From the IMG/VR virus record IMGVR_UViG_3300023179_000080, positions 10,284-74,283 of that record: a stretch of DNA of 64,000 nt, one strand, 5' to 3'. Source of the stretch: a virus. The notes under the pieces were generated by a model, which saw only the letters and a list, made by a program, of their open reading frames with translations, was not told the DNA's origin and searched no databases. Below are positions 55,168 to 64,000 of this stretch, in pieces (the first letter of the stretch is position 1; every line of letters starts with the position of its first letter). Both the position numbers and the translations under genes were made by a program.

Positions 55168-57019
55168 TGGACACTGCCTTTCCAATGATGTTCACGTCGG
55201 GATATCTAATCTCAAAGATCGATCCATCTGGGGGATAGATTATTTGATTTCGAGTATTCAGGTCTGGGTCAAAAATAGTGCTTGAATAATCACGATTTGC
55301 TACTGTATTAGAAAGATTGTTGAATTTAACGTTATCTACAGCTATTACCCCTGATCTGCTGAAGATCGTCGATATGACGTCGGATATCACAATCGGCTGA
55401 TTGATTTGCATATTCGTAACATCAAACTGCTTTTTCAAGTCAGTTATTATGTTTTGTATGACAATGCTTTTGTTCAAAGACGGATCAACGACAATCGAAA
55501 ACTTTAGTTCAAGATTTATTACAGATGCATCAAAGATATCAACTGCGTCAGATATCATTCTATAGGCATTCAGATATTTCTTTAAATTAATCTTCAGAGT
55601 GTCGGGCGACGCAGTAAGTTTTGAATTTGCGTCCCTTGATATAATGAATAGTCGGGCTGCCAATGGATTGTCGGGATTGCTAGTTACTAAAGCTCTGAAC
55701 ACTCTTCCAAAGTTGCTCGGTAGAGTGTACACTCTTGCAAGTAGATCTTCCCGCGTTACAATTCTTTCTTGAGCATTTTTAGTTGCCGGTGCAAGTGCCA
55801 ACAGTGCGTCCGTCGATGGTGCATCATCACCACCTGCAGACGGACTCGGATTTGAAGCTTCAACAGAATTTCTAACCTGCAACTGTTGACCAGGGCTCGG
55901 GTTCAGCGGAAAATTTATATTGAGCACTGTTATATTTCTAACTGAATTTGCGGATACGTTGTGAGATAAGCCACCACCGTACCTGTAAGTTACGCTGTAA
56001 GTTGTATTTGCAGTCGCTGCACCCAACGTCGAAGTCTGCAAAAGTTTTTGTGGGTTTACTGCAACTCTTGAGAAAGTCTGAGAAAAGGGAAGAGGTATCG
56101 CAAATTCAGATGGGTCCGGGACTATACCTGAATTTATGCTGTCAGCGGACCCTCCGCCGAATGTCATGCTCGTTGTTCTACTTCCCAATGCAACTTCAGT
56201 TATGAATCTGTATGGAGCAGGTATTACTTTAAGTGAATCTTTCACCAAATTATTGTCACCAGCAGAATTAAGCACATTCTTATACACAACGTCATTAGTC
56301 AAAGTCTCAACTTCATAATAGATGTTGCCGTATCCGTCAATAACGTTGATTATCTGCGTAACGTCAGGGTTAGAAAGCTGCACACGTCTAAAGGGAATAA
56401 AGTCTCCGATTGCAAAAGATTCTGTAGTCTGCGATCCAGAAGTAGCGCGGCCCGATTTCTTCAATATCTTAGACACCAGGCTTCCTGCTACCCTCCTACC
56501 ATTTGATACCGCTACATCACTTGCTAACACGACAGATCCCGACGCGTCATAATCCCAAAATTGCACATTTTCTAATAGTGTGAATTCAGTTCCGTTTGAA
56601 GACCTTACACTGGTACCGTCTAGTATCGTGGGTATCAACGCGGGATCGGGTCTAAGCGATCCATCATCAAGTAATGGTACCTCTACGTAGAAATCAATGT
56701 CCACTATCGAAGCAGAAGCACCCGTTACTTTAACACCTGAATTTCTGAGTATCGTTTGTATACTGGACGTTTCGACTGCTGTGTCCGCATTCAATTCGCC
56801 GTGCAGATGATCCAGATAGAAAGACATGTTGTCACCAATGTACGCAGCCATGTCTAGTAAAAGTCCACCCATCGATGCTTCAGAAAAATCCTGTATTCTA
56901 TCAGGGTAATATTGTCTTGCGTAGTCTAGAAGCACAGTTCTGAATCCATCAAAATCTCTTGCTAGATAATTTCTTTGGCGGACATTGGTCAGAGATACTT
57001 TGTTATTTATTAGGGCCAT
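55160..57019 (-). CDS. baseplate wedge subunit (T4 gp6 / baseplate J-like)
   Basis: YLARDF..L..YA..YYP...DFSE.S.GG..LD.AAY.GD; Q.RIVT.ED. Confidence 0.88.
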   Translation of the reverse strand: MALINNKVSLTNVRQRNYLARDFDGFRTVLLDYARQYYPDRIQDFSEASMGGLLLDMAAYIGDNMSFYLDHLHGELNADTAVETSSIQTILRNSGVKVTGASASIVDIDFYVEVPLLDDGSLRPDPALIPTILDGTSVRSSNGTEFTLLENVQFWDYDASGSVVLASDVAVSNGRRVAGSLVSKILKKSGRATSGSQTTESFAIGDFIPFRRVQLSNPDVTQIINVIDGYGNIYYEVETLTNDVVYKNVLNSAGDNNLVKDSLKVIPAPYRFITEVALGSRTTSMTFGGGSADSINSGIVPDPSEFAIPLPFSQTFSRVAVNPQKLLQTSTLGAATANTTYSVTYRYGGGLSHNVSANSVRNITVLNINFPLNPSPGQQLQVRNSVEASNPSPSAGGDDAPSTDALLALAPATKNAQERIVTREDLLARVYTLPSNFGRVFRALVTSNPDNPLAARLFIISRDANSKLTASPDTLKINLKKYLNAYRMISDAVDIFDASVINLELKFSIVVDPSLNKSIVIQNIITDLKKQFDVTNMQINQPIVISDVISTIFSRSGVIAVDNVKFNNLSNTVANRDYSSTIFDPDLNTRNQIIYPPDGSIFEIRYPDVNIIGKAVSSV

Positions 57020-57053
57020 CGGTTGTGTCTCTTAGCGATAAGTAGAATTTCTG

Positions 57054-57524
57054 CTATATTACATACAAAACAATTTGTAGACCTTTTCCGAAAGCTCCGA
57101 ATGAGGGTACGTTGTATTTGATATTGACTCTTATGACACCAGTGTTCTTATTCTCTAGATTATCTATTTGAGAACTAAACGTCTCAAGTTCTATATACGG
57201 CATCCATCTCCCAACAGCATCCCTTATTCTAGTGATGGCTTGTGTATCAAAATCATCCTGAGACACTAGATCTGTTGTCAGGGGTTTTAGATTGGCTCCA
57301 AAGTCGTATAGCCCTAATCTCTCTCCCCAATTTGTCAAAAGAAGATTTCGGAGGTTGTCTGCCATCTGATCTTCAATACTGTAGTTCATTGCAAATATCC
57401 CCTCCGATTTACTGCCCAACTCTAGGGGCGTTTTTATGCCGAAGGGAATTGCAGACGTAGCAAGAACTTCAGAAATTATCTGATCTTGTGTTTTACCAAC
57501 ACTTTTGAAGCTATACGTTGCCAT
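57054..57524 (-). CDS. baseplate wedge protein (gp25/GPW-like)
   Basis: NLRNLLLTNWGER..DFGANL..RWMPYI. Confidence 0.88.
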   Translation of the reverse strand: MATYSFKSVGKTQDQIISEVLATSAIPFGIKTPLELGSKSEGIFAMNYSIEDQMADNLRNLLLTNWGERLGLYDFGANLKPLTTDLVSQDDFDTQAITRIRDAVGRWMPYIELETFSSQIDNLENKNTGVIRVNIKYNVPSFGAFGKGLQIVLYVI

Positions 57525-57582
57525 AAGTCTAATTATAGGTGTAAGCAACTTAGACCCACGATTCTGGTGGGCATTGACTTCA

Positions 57583-59649
57583 TTACGTTATCTTTGACTT
57601 GCTGCTTATAGTTGATACTGCAGCTGACACTGAAACCTTAGCTGTACTAATTGCAGTATTTACTGCTTGAGCAGGCGTCGCGACGGGAGGCAATGCACTC
57701 GATAGTCCTTGTATGAAAGTATTGATTGCGTCGATCTGAGCCTGTAGACCGTTTATTGCATTCGTGGTCTCTACCGATTTGGCAGCAGTAACAAGTGGTC
57801 CAGCAGCAGGATTCGGGCTTGTAGGTGAAGAGATTGAAGTGTTTGATCCTCCACCTGAAGATCTTCCCGTCACATTCGCAGCTGTGAGGGGTGTTGGGGC
57901 CCCGGGCAAAGTTAAATTCCCACCAGCTAAAGAAAGTATACCAGAAGAAGCATTGATCACTATCGCAGTCCCGCCTATTGCTATTGTGCTTGAATTCAAG
58001 TCTATCACAATGGCTCCTCCCCCGATAGAGACACGATTTGAAGATGCATCAAAGACTGCTAAGTTGTCTGCAATATTTACTTTTTTACCGCTAACGTCAA
58101 GCACTTGCAAAGCGCCCGCTCCGCCGCCTCCAAAAGTTATTTTGTTCGATGAGTTGTCAAAGACGCTAAGAGCTGTATCTACTTTGTCGCTGCCTATGAT
58201 TGCAGATCCGTTGTTGGGCAGAGGAGCGATGAATCGATTGTTTCCTGAATCAAGAGTCAACAAAGCTTTGCTTGTGTCTACTGCGTCTTTATTTTGACCA
58301 ACAGAGAATACGCGATCTTTAGACGTGCTGACAACGACATCACCATTTTGTTTGAGCATCAATGATGCCCACTTATCAGCATCGTTGATCTCTTCTTTTA
58401 TATCAACGCCATCAGGAGATTGCTTGATGTTAAACCCGGTTGAAATTAGCTCAACATCTGAACGGCTGATTGCGCGGATCTTGTCACTCTTCAGGATTAT
58501 TGAAGCATCACCTGCTGCTCCGTCAGTTATTGAAAAGTCTTTATTGTAGTCAGATAAAGAAAAATTTGCATCTGTATTAGTTCTTTGAGATATCAAAATT
58601 CTGCTTCTGTCATTCTTAAGGTCAGGATCTCCTTCACGGATCGATAAGCTATCGGGTGATTTGTTAAGCTCTTTCTTTATGAAAGAACCCTTTGTCTTTC
58701 CTCTAACGTCTCGAATGCTTGTAGTGTCTGAAGACTTACCAAAAGTTTCGTCAGTTTGGCCACGACCAGCAACTAAATCTATAGATCCAGCAGACCCTCT
58801 AATGTCTTTTTTTGGATATACCTGTATCTTTGTTTTTGAAAATCGGTCTAAGTCTGTGACAGGGTCTGAATACTCTGCAAGAGGACCCGTTCTGTCTGTG
58901 CCCAACACGACCAACGTGTTATTTGTGCCCTCTAAAACAACGTCACCGGGTCTAGATCTAAATCTGGGAACCGACTCATATGTCGTGACTCTTGAAGCAT
59001 CGGTGCTAGTAACCAATTTTTCAAATACGTCTTCATCATCGCTGGGGAGTGTTGGACTGTGCTGACTCGTGATTCTATCATCGTCTATCTGAACGACGGG
59101 AGCGTTTCTAAGCTCATGCCATGCGTATGAACTGTCATTGATAGACGATTCATTTTCGTGCCTTTCAAAAGTAGTTGGGAAATAGCTAATTTCTGAATTT
59201 CTAGTGCTGGGGTGAGCGTGATTGACATCGTCGGCAACTGAGGTTTCAATAATTCTACAAAACCAATAAGCGACATCAGACTTATTTGAGGCGGGGCTTT
59301 CCAATAGTGTCCAGACTGCCTCGCCTGGCTTGCAGGGTAAAGACAGATGCGAAGGAAAAAATGGAAAAACAAAAAGAGGATCAGAATTTTCACCGACCCT
59401 TTTTGCTATAATCGTATTTCGGGGAAGCACGTCTGCGTACTTCATATTTGTGATTCCCAGTGATTGCCAGTACGTTTTTCTCTTTTCGTCTTTACAGTCA
59501 TTTGTGGGATCAGATATCACTTCTAGAACGACCATTCTAACGAAGTGTGGCAGTTGATCGGGTATAAATCTTTGTTCAGATTCTCTGCTACTCAGTGTTC
59601 CTTCAGAGAACCTTTTTATGTTGTTAGATATTGAATCTTGAAACTTCAT
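57583..59649 (-). CDS. baseplate hub/spike (gp5-like) protein
   Basis: PFFP.HL.LP.KPGE.VW; GDVVLEG.NN; beta-repeat C-terminus. Confidence 0.7.
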   Translation of the reverse strand: MKFQDSISNNIKRFSEGTLSSRESEQRFIPDQLPHFVRMVVLEVISDPTNDCKDEKRKTYWQSLGITNMKYADVLPRNTIIAKRVGENSDPLFVFPFFPSHLSLPCKPGEAVWTLLESPASNKSDVAYWFCRIIETSVADDVNHAHPSTRNSEISYFPTTFERHENESSINDSSYAWHELRNAPVVQIDDDRITSQHSPTLPSDDEDVFEKLVTSTDASRVTTYESVPRFRSRPGDVVLEGTNNTLVVLGTDRTGPLAEYSDPVTDLDRFSKTKIQVYPKKDIRGSAGSIDLVAGRGQTDETFGKSSDTTSIRDVRGKTKGSFIKKELNKSPDSLSIREGDPDLKNDRSRILISQRTNTDANFSLSDYNKDFSITDGAAGDASIILKSDKIRAISRSDVELISTGFNIKQSPDGVDIKEEINDADKWASLMLKQNGDVVVSTSKDRVFSVGQNKDAVDTSKALLTLDSGNNRFIAPLPNNGSAIIGSDKVDTALSVFDNSSNKITFGGGGAGALQVLDVSGKKVNIADNLAVFDASSNRVSIGGGAIVIDLNSSTIAIGGTAIVINASSGILSLAGGNLTLPGAPTPLTAANVTGRSSGGGSNTSISSPTSPNPAAGPLVTAAKSVETTNAINGLQAQIDAINTFIQGLSSALPPVATPAQAVNTAISTAKVSVSAAVSTISSKSKIT

Positions 59650-59655
59650 TTTTGA

Positions 59656-60012
59656 CTACCCACCGATCTTCTTGAACATCTCTTCTGGGTCTATCTCTGG
59701 GTCGTCTTTCTTTTCAGATTTAGAAACTAGTTCAGCAAGACGTATGATCTGGTCATTGGCCTTGCTCATCCTCTCAATGTAAATGGCCAATGTCCTGCCG
59801 TGAATTGCATGTTCGGCACTCTTGTCTTGAACTATATCTACGAGTTGATTAAACAAGACGTATGAGTTCTGACGATCTGTGATTGCATTCTCGTAGATCT
59901 CCTTCCAGAGCTTCTTCTTCTTGTCAGATACACCGTCTATCTGCTCGAGAAGTTCTCCGAAATCCTTGATCTTACTTTCAACTGTTAGCTCAGAGTCTGC
60001 CTTGATTCCCAT
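59656..60012 (-). CDS. conserved phage hypothetical protein
   Basis: WKEIYENA..DR...YIERMSKANDQI..LA. Confidence 0.75.
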   Translation of the reverse strand: MGIKADSELTVESKIKDFGELLEQIDGVSDKKKKLWKEIYENAITDRQNSYVLFNQLVDIVQDKSAEHAIHGRTLAIYIERMSKANDQIIRLAELVSKSEKKDDPEIDPEEMFKKIGG

Positions 60013-60019
60013 GAATAAA

Positions 60020-60832
60020 TTATCTTGCGTCTTTTGAATCTGTCTTGTGCTTTTTGTAGTGTCGCCTAATAGACTGCATGACTGTCGTTAATTGCTTTGG
60101 AGACAAGCCTGAGAGCTCACGCATATACAAGAGCACTGCACTCTTGTTTAGTAGATCAATGTCGTCAATGTTCTCAAAGATCGTGATGATAGAATTTATA
60201 CAAGCTAATTCGTTTTCGGTTTTCACCTTAGACCGAATATCGTAAAGCAGCTCAACCGTGTGTTCAACAGAGTCGACAGCATCGATCAGTGCATCCTGTG
60301 GGGGAAGACATTCATGCTCCTCAATGATGAGTGTTTCATATGCTGTAAGAGATGTTGGATCGTCTAAGCTCACACTTCTCTTTGCACGTTGTGCCTTGTG
60401 CTTTGTCTTGATGATAAGCCAATTTTTAGCAACGACGTTGAAGTAAGAGAATGCGTTGGTACCTCTCGAGGCATCGAACTTGTGGATTGTTTCAAATAGA
60501 AAGTTTACGCAATCATTCTTGAGCTCGTCATATGTGTGATGCATACCAGTGAACTTGTGAATGTTGATGAGATTCTCGACTAGCTTCTCAAAAGCGGGCA
60601 TTATCTCTTGAACGTAGAGACGATCTCTTTCTTTCTTCACAATTTCAGACTGAAATTTGACGATTGCGGTCTGTGTGTCTGTGTTGAAGTATAACTTAGG
60701 GTTGGTTTTCTCTGTCTTCTCTTTGATCTTACTGTCATCAAGAATATCATCAAGAATGTCAGGAGAGTTGCCCTTTTGTTTCTTAGATCTTCCTCTTCTT
60801 TTAGCTGTTGCTGTCTTTTGAATCTGCGTCAT
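60020..60832 (-). CDS. phage late sigma factor-like protein (gp55-like region 2)
   Basis: YF...AI..AFEKLVENLI...KFD..RG..AFSYF..VAKNWLI. Confidence 0.7.
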   Translation of the reverse strand: MTQIQKTATAKRRGRSKKQKGNSPDILDDILDDSKIKEKTEKTNPKLYFNTDTQTAIVKFQSEIVKKERDRLYVQEIMPAFEKLVENLINIHKFTGMHHTYDELKNDCVNFLFETIHKFDASRGTNAFSYFNVVAKNWLIIKTKHKAQRAKRSVSLDDPTSLTAYETLIIEEHECLPPQDALIDAVDSVEHTVELLYDIRSKVKTENELACINSIITIFENIDDIDLLNKSAVLLYMRELSGLSPKQLTTVMQSIRRHYKKHKTDSKDAR

Positions 60833-61151
60833 TGTCTTCTTCTTCTGTTGGTGTCTCCTCGTCTTCCGTGACACTATCCAGCAGCTTTGCGACTGCAGCC
60901 ACAGATTCTTTGGCAGTTGCCATATCTGATACTAGCTCTCTGACTATTGGGTCATCAGAGAAAAGTTCGATTTTAGTCTTTTTGTCTATTATATCATGTT
61001 GTGCATTCAGGATGATTATTGAGCTTTGAAGTGCTTCGTCGATCTCTTGAAGTCTTCCCATCAGCTCAAAATTCCTTCCTATGCTTCTGATGCATAGGAG
61101 GGTCGACCCTCCCGTGAGCAGGGTCAATAATATACACAGAGCTATCAGCAA
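60801..61151 (-). CDS. membrane-anchored coiled-coil protein
   Basis: N-terminal TM; FSDDP. Confidence 0.65.
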   Translation of the reverse strand: MLIALCILLTLLTGGSTLLCIRSIGRNFELMGRLQEIDEALQSSIIILNAQHDIIDKKTKIELFSDDPIVRELVSDMATAKESVAAVAKLLDSVTEDEETPTEEEDNDADSKDSNS

Positions 61152-62311
61152 AGAAACTCTCCGAGTTTGTTAGTATACATTTTTTCAATCTCCTGCAGTG
61201 AATAGCTTGATCTTAGCTTCTCACCCAGTCCCCTTGCCCACTCAGACGGAATACTGTTGTTAGATCTAAACTTGACGATCTTCTTCTTGAAATCGTCTTC
61301 AGAAGGCGTAGCCCACCTTGATCCCGACATGAAGATCTTGTTGTCGACCCTTGAGCTGTGTATCGTGTCAAGCTTATAGTCGACTTCGATAAATTTGCCC
61401 TCTGACAAAAAATCAACGTGTCCTGACCACCCCGTCGTGATAACGGGCAGATCAGAAGCTGCAGCTTCAAGAATCGGAAGACCGTACCCTTCGCCGCGGG
61501 TCAAAGAAACAAGAGCTTTGATCTGTGGGTGTCTATATAGAGAAGCTACTTCGTGATCAGATAATTCACCATGCAAAAGATGGATTCTTGGGTACATTCC
61601 TTTGCGAACTTCACGGATGAGTGCTTCTAGTGTCTGGGTCACTATCTTGCGATCGATCGTTGTATTACGACCAGAGTTGGTCTTGACAACTAGACCCACA
61701 TCACGATCATCCTTGAAAACTTCGCAAAACCACTTGATCGTATAGAAGATGTTCTTTCTATCGTTCTCTGGATTATTCCCTGTTATTTGGCCGAATAGAA
61801 GGAAATTGAATTTAGTCGACAATTCTAGAGTGTCAATCGTTGTACTCTGGCGGTCAACGATCGCTTCGCTGTAGGACTCTGGGATGACATAGAGCGGCTT
61901 CGTTACGTTCCCAGATGACGTTAAAGAAGAGGCTGAATGCTTAGACGGGACGATCACGGCATCCATGTCATTGCAGTTTTTGATCCAGCTGGGATTGCAG
62001 CGGTCTGTCTCAATTGCTGCGGTGATACCTATATTTTTACGCCCTAATCTGGGATCCCACTCATTGGGAAGCTGAAGCTGTAGTGTTACATCGTAGATTT
62101 TTCCCGTAGGGTCAACGGTCTTGTCCATTATTCTTCCGACTAGACCGTTGCAACCCTGGTGATTAATTAGCCACGGTGTATCACCCCACGGAAGAGCCTG
62201 GAATGATACATCAAGATTTGGTTGATTCAATAACCACTGGGAAACTTGTCGGGCATGCACACCATACCCTGACTGCGTTAGAACAGGCCCCCGCATTAGA
62301 ACACTTTTCAT
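61145..62311 (-). CDS. GT4 glycosyltransferase
   Basis: SGYGVHAR; RKN; RGEGYGLPILEA..PVITTGWSGH. Confidence 0.9.
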   Translation of the reverse strand: MKSVLMRGPVLTQSGYGVHARQVSQWLLNQPNLDVSFQALPWGDTPWLINHQGCNGLVGRIMDKTVDPTGKIYDVTLQLQLPNEWDPRLGRKNIGITAAIETDRCNPSWIKNCNDMDAVIVPSKHSASSLTSSGNVTKPLYVIPESYSEAIVDRQSTTIDTLELSTKFNFLLFGQITGNNPENDRKNIFYTIKWFCEVFKDDRDVGLVVKTNSGRNTTIDRKIVTQTLEALIREVRKGMYPRIHLLHGELSDHEVASLYRHPQIKALVSLTRGEGYGLPILEAAASDLPVITTGWSGHVDFLSEGKFIEVDYKLDTIHSSRVDNKIFMSGSRWATPSEDDFKKKIVKFRSNNSIPSEWARGLGEKLRSSYSLQEIEKMYTNKLGEFLC

Positions 62312-63555
62312 AGCTCTTTACACTCCCAGTGGCCGCCCTTGCGAGCCTTGAATTCATCGATGGTTTTCTCTAGAGTCCTGTCCCACTCTGACACGACTTT
62401 ATTCACGTCATATTCTATTTTTGCTCTCGCGCGTGCTTTTGCGCCGAGTTCAGCTCTCTTCTGGGGTCCCATATCGTACATTTCTACAAAGGCCTTCTTT
62501 AGCGTCTCGTGCGAGACAAAGTCTTCATAGATGTAAGGTACCATGTGGTTGCCTATCAACGTTCGAACGTCGGGGTTCAACCCAATTCCGTATTGCTCTC
62601 CAGTTTCTGGATTTTCAACTTGTCGAGTCAGGCCGCCCGTCTTGATTGCAATTATTGGTTTACCGCACATCATCATCTCTAATGTGGGCAACCCGAATCC
62701 CTCGTTGCAGCTTCTGTTGACTATCGTGTCTGATACATTGTAGATGAGTGACATCTGCTCAAAGTTAATTCTATCTTTTGAGAAGACGACACTGTCTTTT
62801 ACACCCAACATATCGATTACCTGATATAGATTGGTGCCCTCTTGGTCAAGAGGATCAGTGTGCATAATCAACGTTGCTTTGCGATGACCGTATTTGGCAG
62901 ACAACTCGTCCACAAACAATTTCCACGAAGTCAAGATATCACTTGGCATCTTTCTTCTAGCGTTACGAGAGACGTAAAGACACACAAAGTGATCGAGCCT
63001 TTCAGGACCAAGCAGCATGCTCTTGAATTTTAGAACTTCGTTCTGCGGTAGCGGCTTATAGAGGTCTGCAGGAACTGCGTGGGGAATGTAGTTAGTCTTT
63101 TCAGGAAATCTTTCCTTGACCATTTCATAGGTCGGATAATTGATGCAGTTCACTAGGTCCGTTGCTTCGTAGAGTGGACGATTGAATTCGGGCCACGGAG
63201 GGTTGTCCCACAAGTGCCAATAAGCAATTGGGCAGACCTGGTGGATCTCGTCTTCCATCTCCCAAGCCCAGATGAAGAAACGGGGATCGGTGAAGAGCAC
63301 TAGAGCATCAGGCTTGACCTGCGCAAGAGTCTTACGTAATAGTGCCTTGTTTCCGAATCCGTCGGTGGGTTTGATTATGAAGTCGGGATTGACAACGACT
63401 GTATCGTAATTGTCGTGTTTCATTGCACCTCCAAAGCAGCGAAATGAATACTTTCCCGTGTTCACAAGTCCCGTGATGAGCCACCGTGCTTGCGTTCCTA
63501 CTCCGGAAGTCGAAAGCGGATGGTCACTAAGAAATAATATCGTCTTTTTGCTCAT
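62308..63555 (-). CDS. GT4 glycosyltransferase
   Basis: SDHP..SGVG; RN.RRK; NEGFGLPTLE.M.CGKPII. Confidence 0.9.
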   Translation of the reverse strand: MSKKTILFLSDHPLSTSGVGTQARWLITGLVNTGKYSFRCFGGAMKHDNYDTVVVNPDFIIKPTDGFGNKALLRKTLAQVKPDALVLFTDPRFFIWAWEMEDEIHQVCPIAYWHLWDNPPWPEFNRPLYEATDLVNCINYPTYEMVKERFPEKTNYIPHAVPADLYKPLPQNEVLKFKSMLLGPERLDHFVCLYVSRNARRKMPSDILTSWKLFVDELSAKYGHRKATLIMHTDPLDQEGTNLYQVIDMLGVKDSVVFSKDRINFEQMSLIYNVSDTIVNRSCNEGFGLPTLEMMMCGKPIIAIKTGGLTRQVENPETGEQYGIGLNPDVRTLIGNHMVPYIYEDFVSHETLKKAFVEMYDMGPQKRAELGAKARARAKIEYDVNKVVSEWDRTLEKTIDEFKARKGGHWECKEL

Positions 63556-63607
63556 TGGTTCTATATTACGATAAATCGAAAATGTCGTAACAAAGTGAAG
63601 TCTTTTA

Positions 63608-64000
63608 TCATGTACAGTGGACAGTACCCTTGTATTCACACCATTGACATGAGTCTCTATTTTTAATGACAAGCCCCTTCTTTACAGACGTGACCATGTT
63701 GTTCACGACTTTTAGAGATCTCTGTACGGGAACTTCGCCCAAGGAGACAGCAAACAGCTCGCAGTGGTTGCCTTGCTTTGCAGACTTTTTAAGAATAACA
63801 AATGCACATCTGATGTCCTTGAACGGAACATCGGGATGCTTCTTACTCCAATAGTTCTTGTATAGAGCCAGCTGGTATTGCTTGGTTACGTCTTGCTTTT
63901 GTTCTCTAAACCACCCTCTATTAGAGGTCTTCCAGTCAATGATCCAGTACAGGTCCTCCCCACGTTTTCCTTTGCACTTGATCACGCCATCGATGAATCC
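63608..64000 (-). CDS. PD-(D/E)XK (Cas4/RecB-like) nuclease, 5'-partial
   Basis: G.ID..IIDWKT, QLALY, C.WC...C. Confidence 0.85.
   Translation of the reverse strand, partial: GFIDGVIKCKGKRGEDLYWIIDWKTSNRGWFREQKQDVTKQYQLALYKNYWSKKHPDVPFKDIRCAFVILKKSAKQGNHCELFAVSLGEVPVQRSLKVVNNMVTSVKKGLVIKNRDSCQWCEYKGTVHCT

Noticed and set aside
63608-64000. Cas4-like gene as part of a CRISPR-Cas locus
   Set aside because: No other cas genes or array; solo PD-(D/E)XK nucleases are common in phages
1-64000. Stop-codon reassignment
   Set aside because: TAA, TAG and TGA all end well-defined genes, and long genes are uninterrupted under code 11

Overview
This window looks like a 64-kb segment of a large (jumbo-type) myovirus genome. 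The host is probably a myxobacterium (Polyangia-like), inferred from a Cys-rich lipoprotein, an Asp-Ala/Ser-Gly-rich lipoprotein, an FGE-sulfatase-type protein and an Flp pilin. Positions ~1-38 kb form a mostly + strand accessory/early region of small genes, GC-rich in its first ~20 kb. It holds eight of the ten tRNA/tRNA-like genes (the other two are at ~43.4-43.6 kb), RtcB, a metallophosphoesterase, an AAA ATPase, an ADP-ribosyltransferase, an HNH nuclease, a lysozyme, a deaminase, a sigma70 factor, DNA ligase and a DUF2201/vWA protein. It also holds an IS1341-type tnpB element and a GIY-YIG homing endonuclease. Positions ~38.7-64 kb form a mostly - strand, more AT-rich block of tail fibre and baseplate genes, a second sigma-like factor, two glycosyltransferases and a PD-(D/E)XK nuclease. 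Main observations: (1) about 20 copies of a rigid early promoter, GTGCAA-N18-TANNNT-N6-ATG, implying leaderless mRNAs. (2) A second motif, ATANTTA, a putative late promoter that also precedes both mobile nucleases. (3) A tnpB element whose ends can be deduced exactly (TTTAC|...TCAG|). It splits an early promoter and has a 48-bp left-end/right-end fusion scar elsewhere in the window. (4) A phage-encoded Flp/Tad pilin missing from the ORF track. (5) A tRNA-Arg(UCU)-like RNA with no D-arm and an Arg-type D-loop sequence in the variable region. (6) Unrelated proteins sharing an N-terminal 'LREYIR..L.E' leader, possibly a capsid-packaging signal. All calls come from manual motif reading; no database searches were run.
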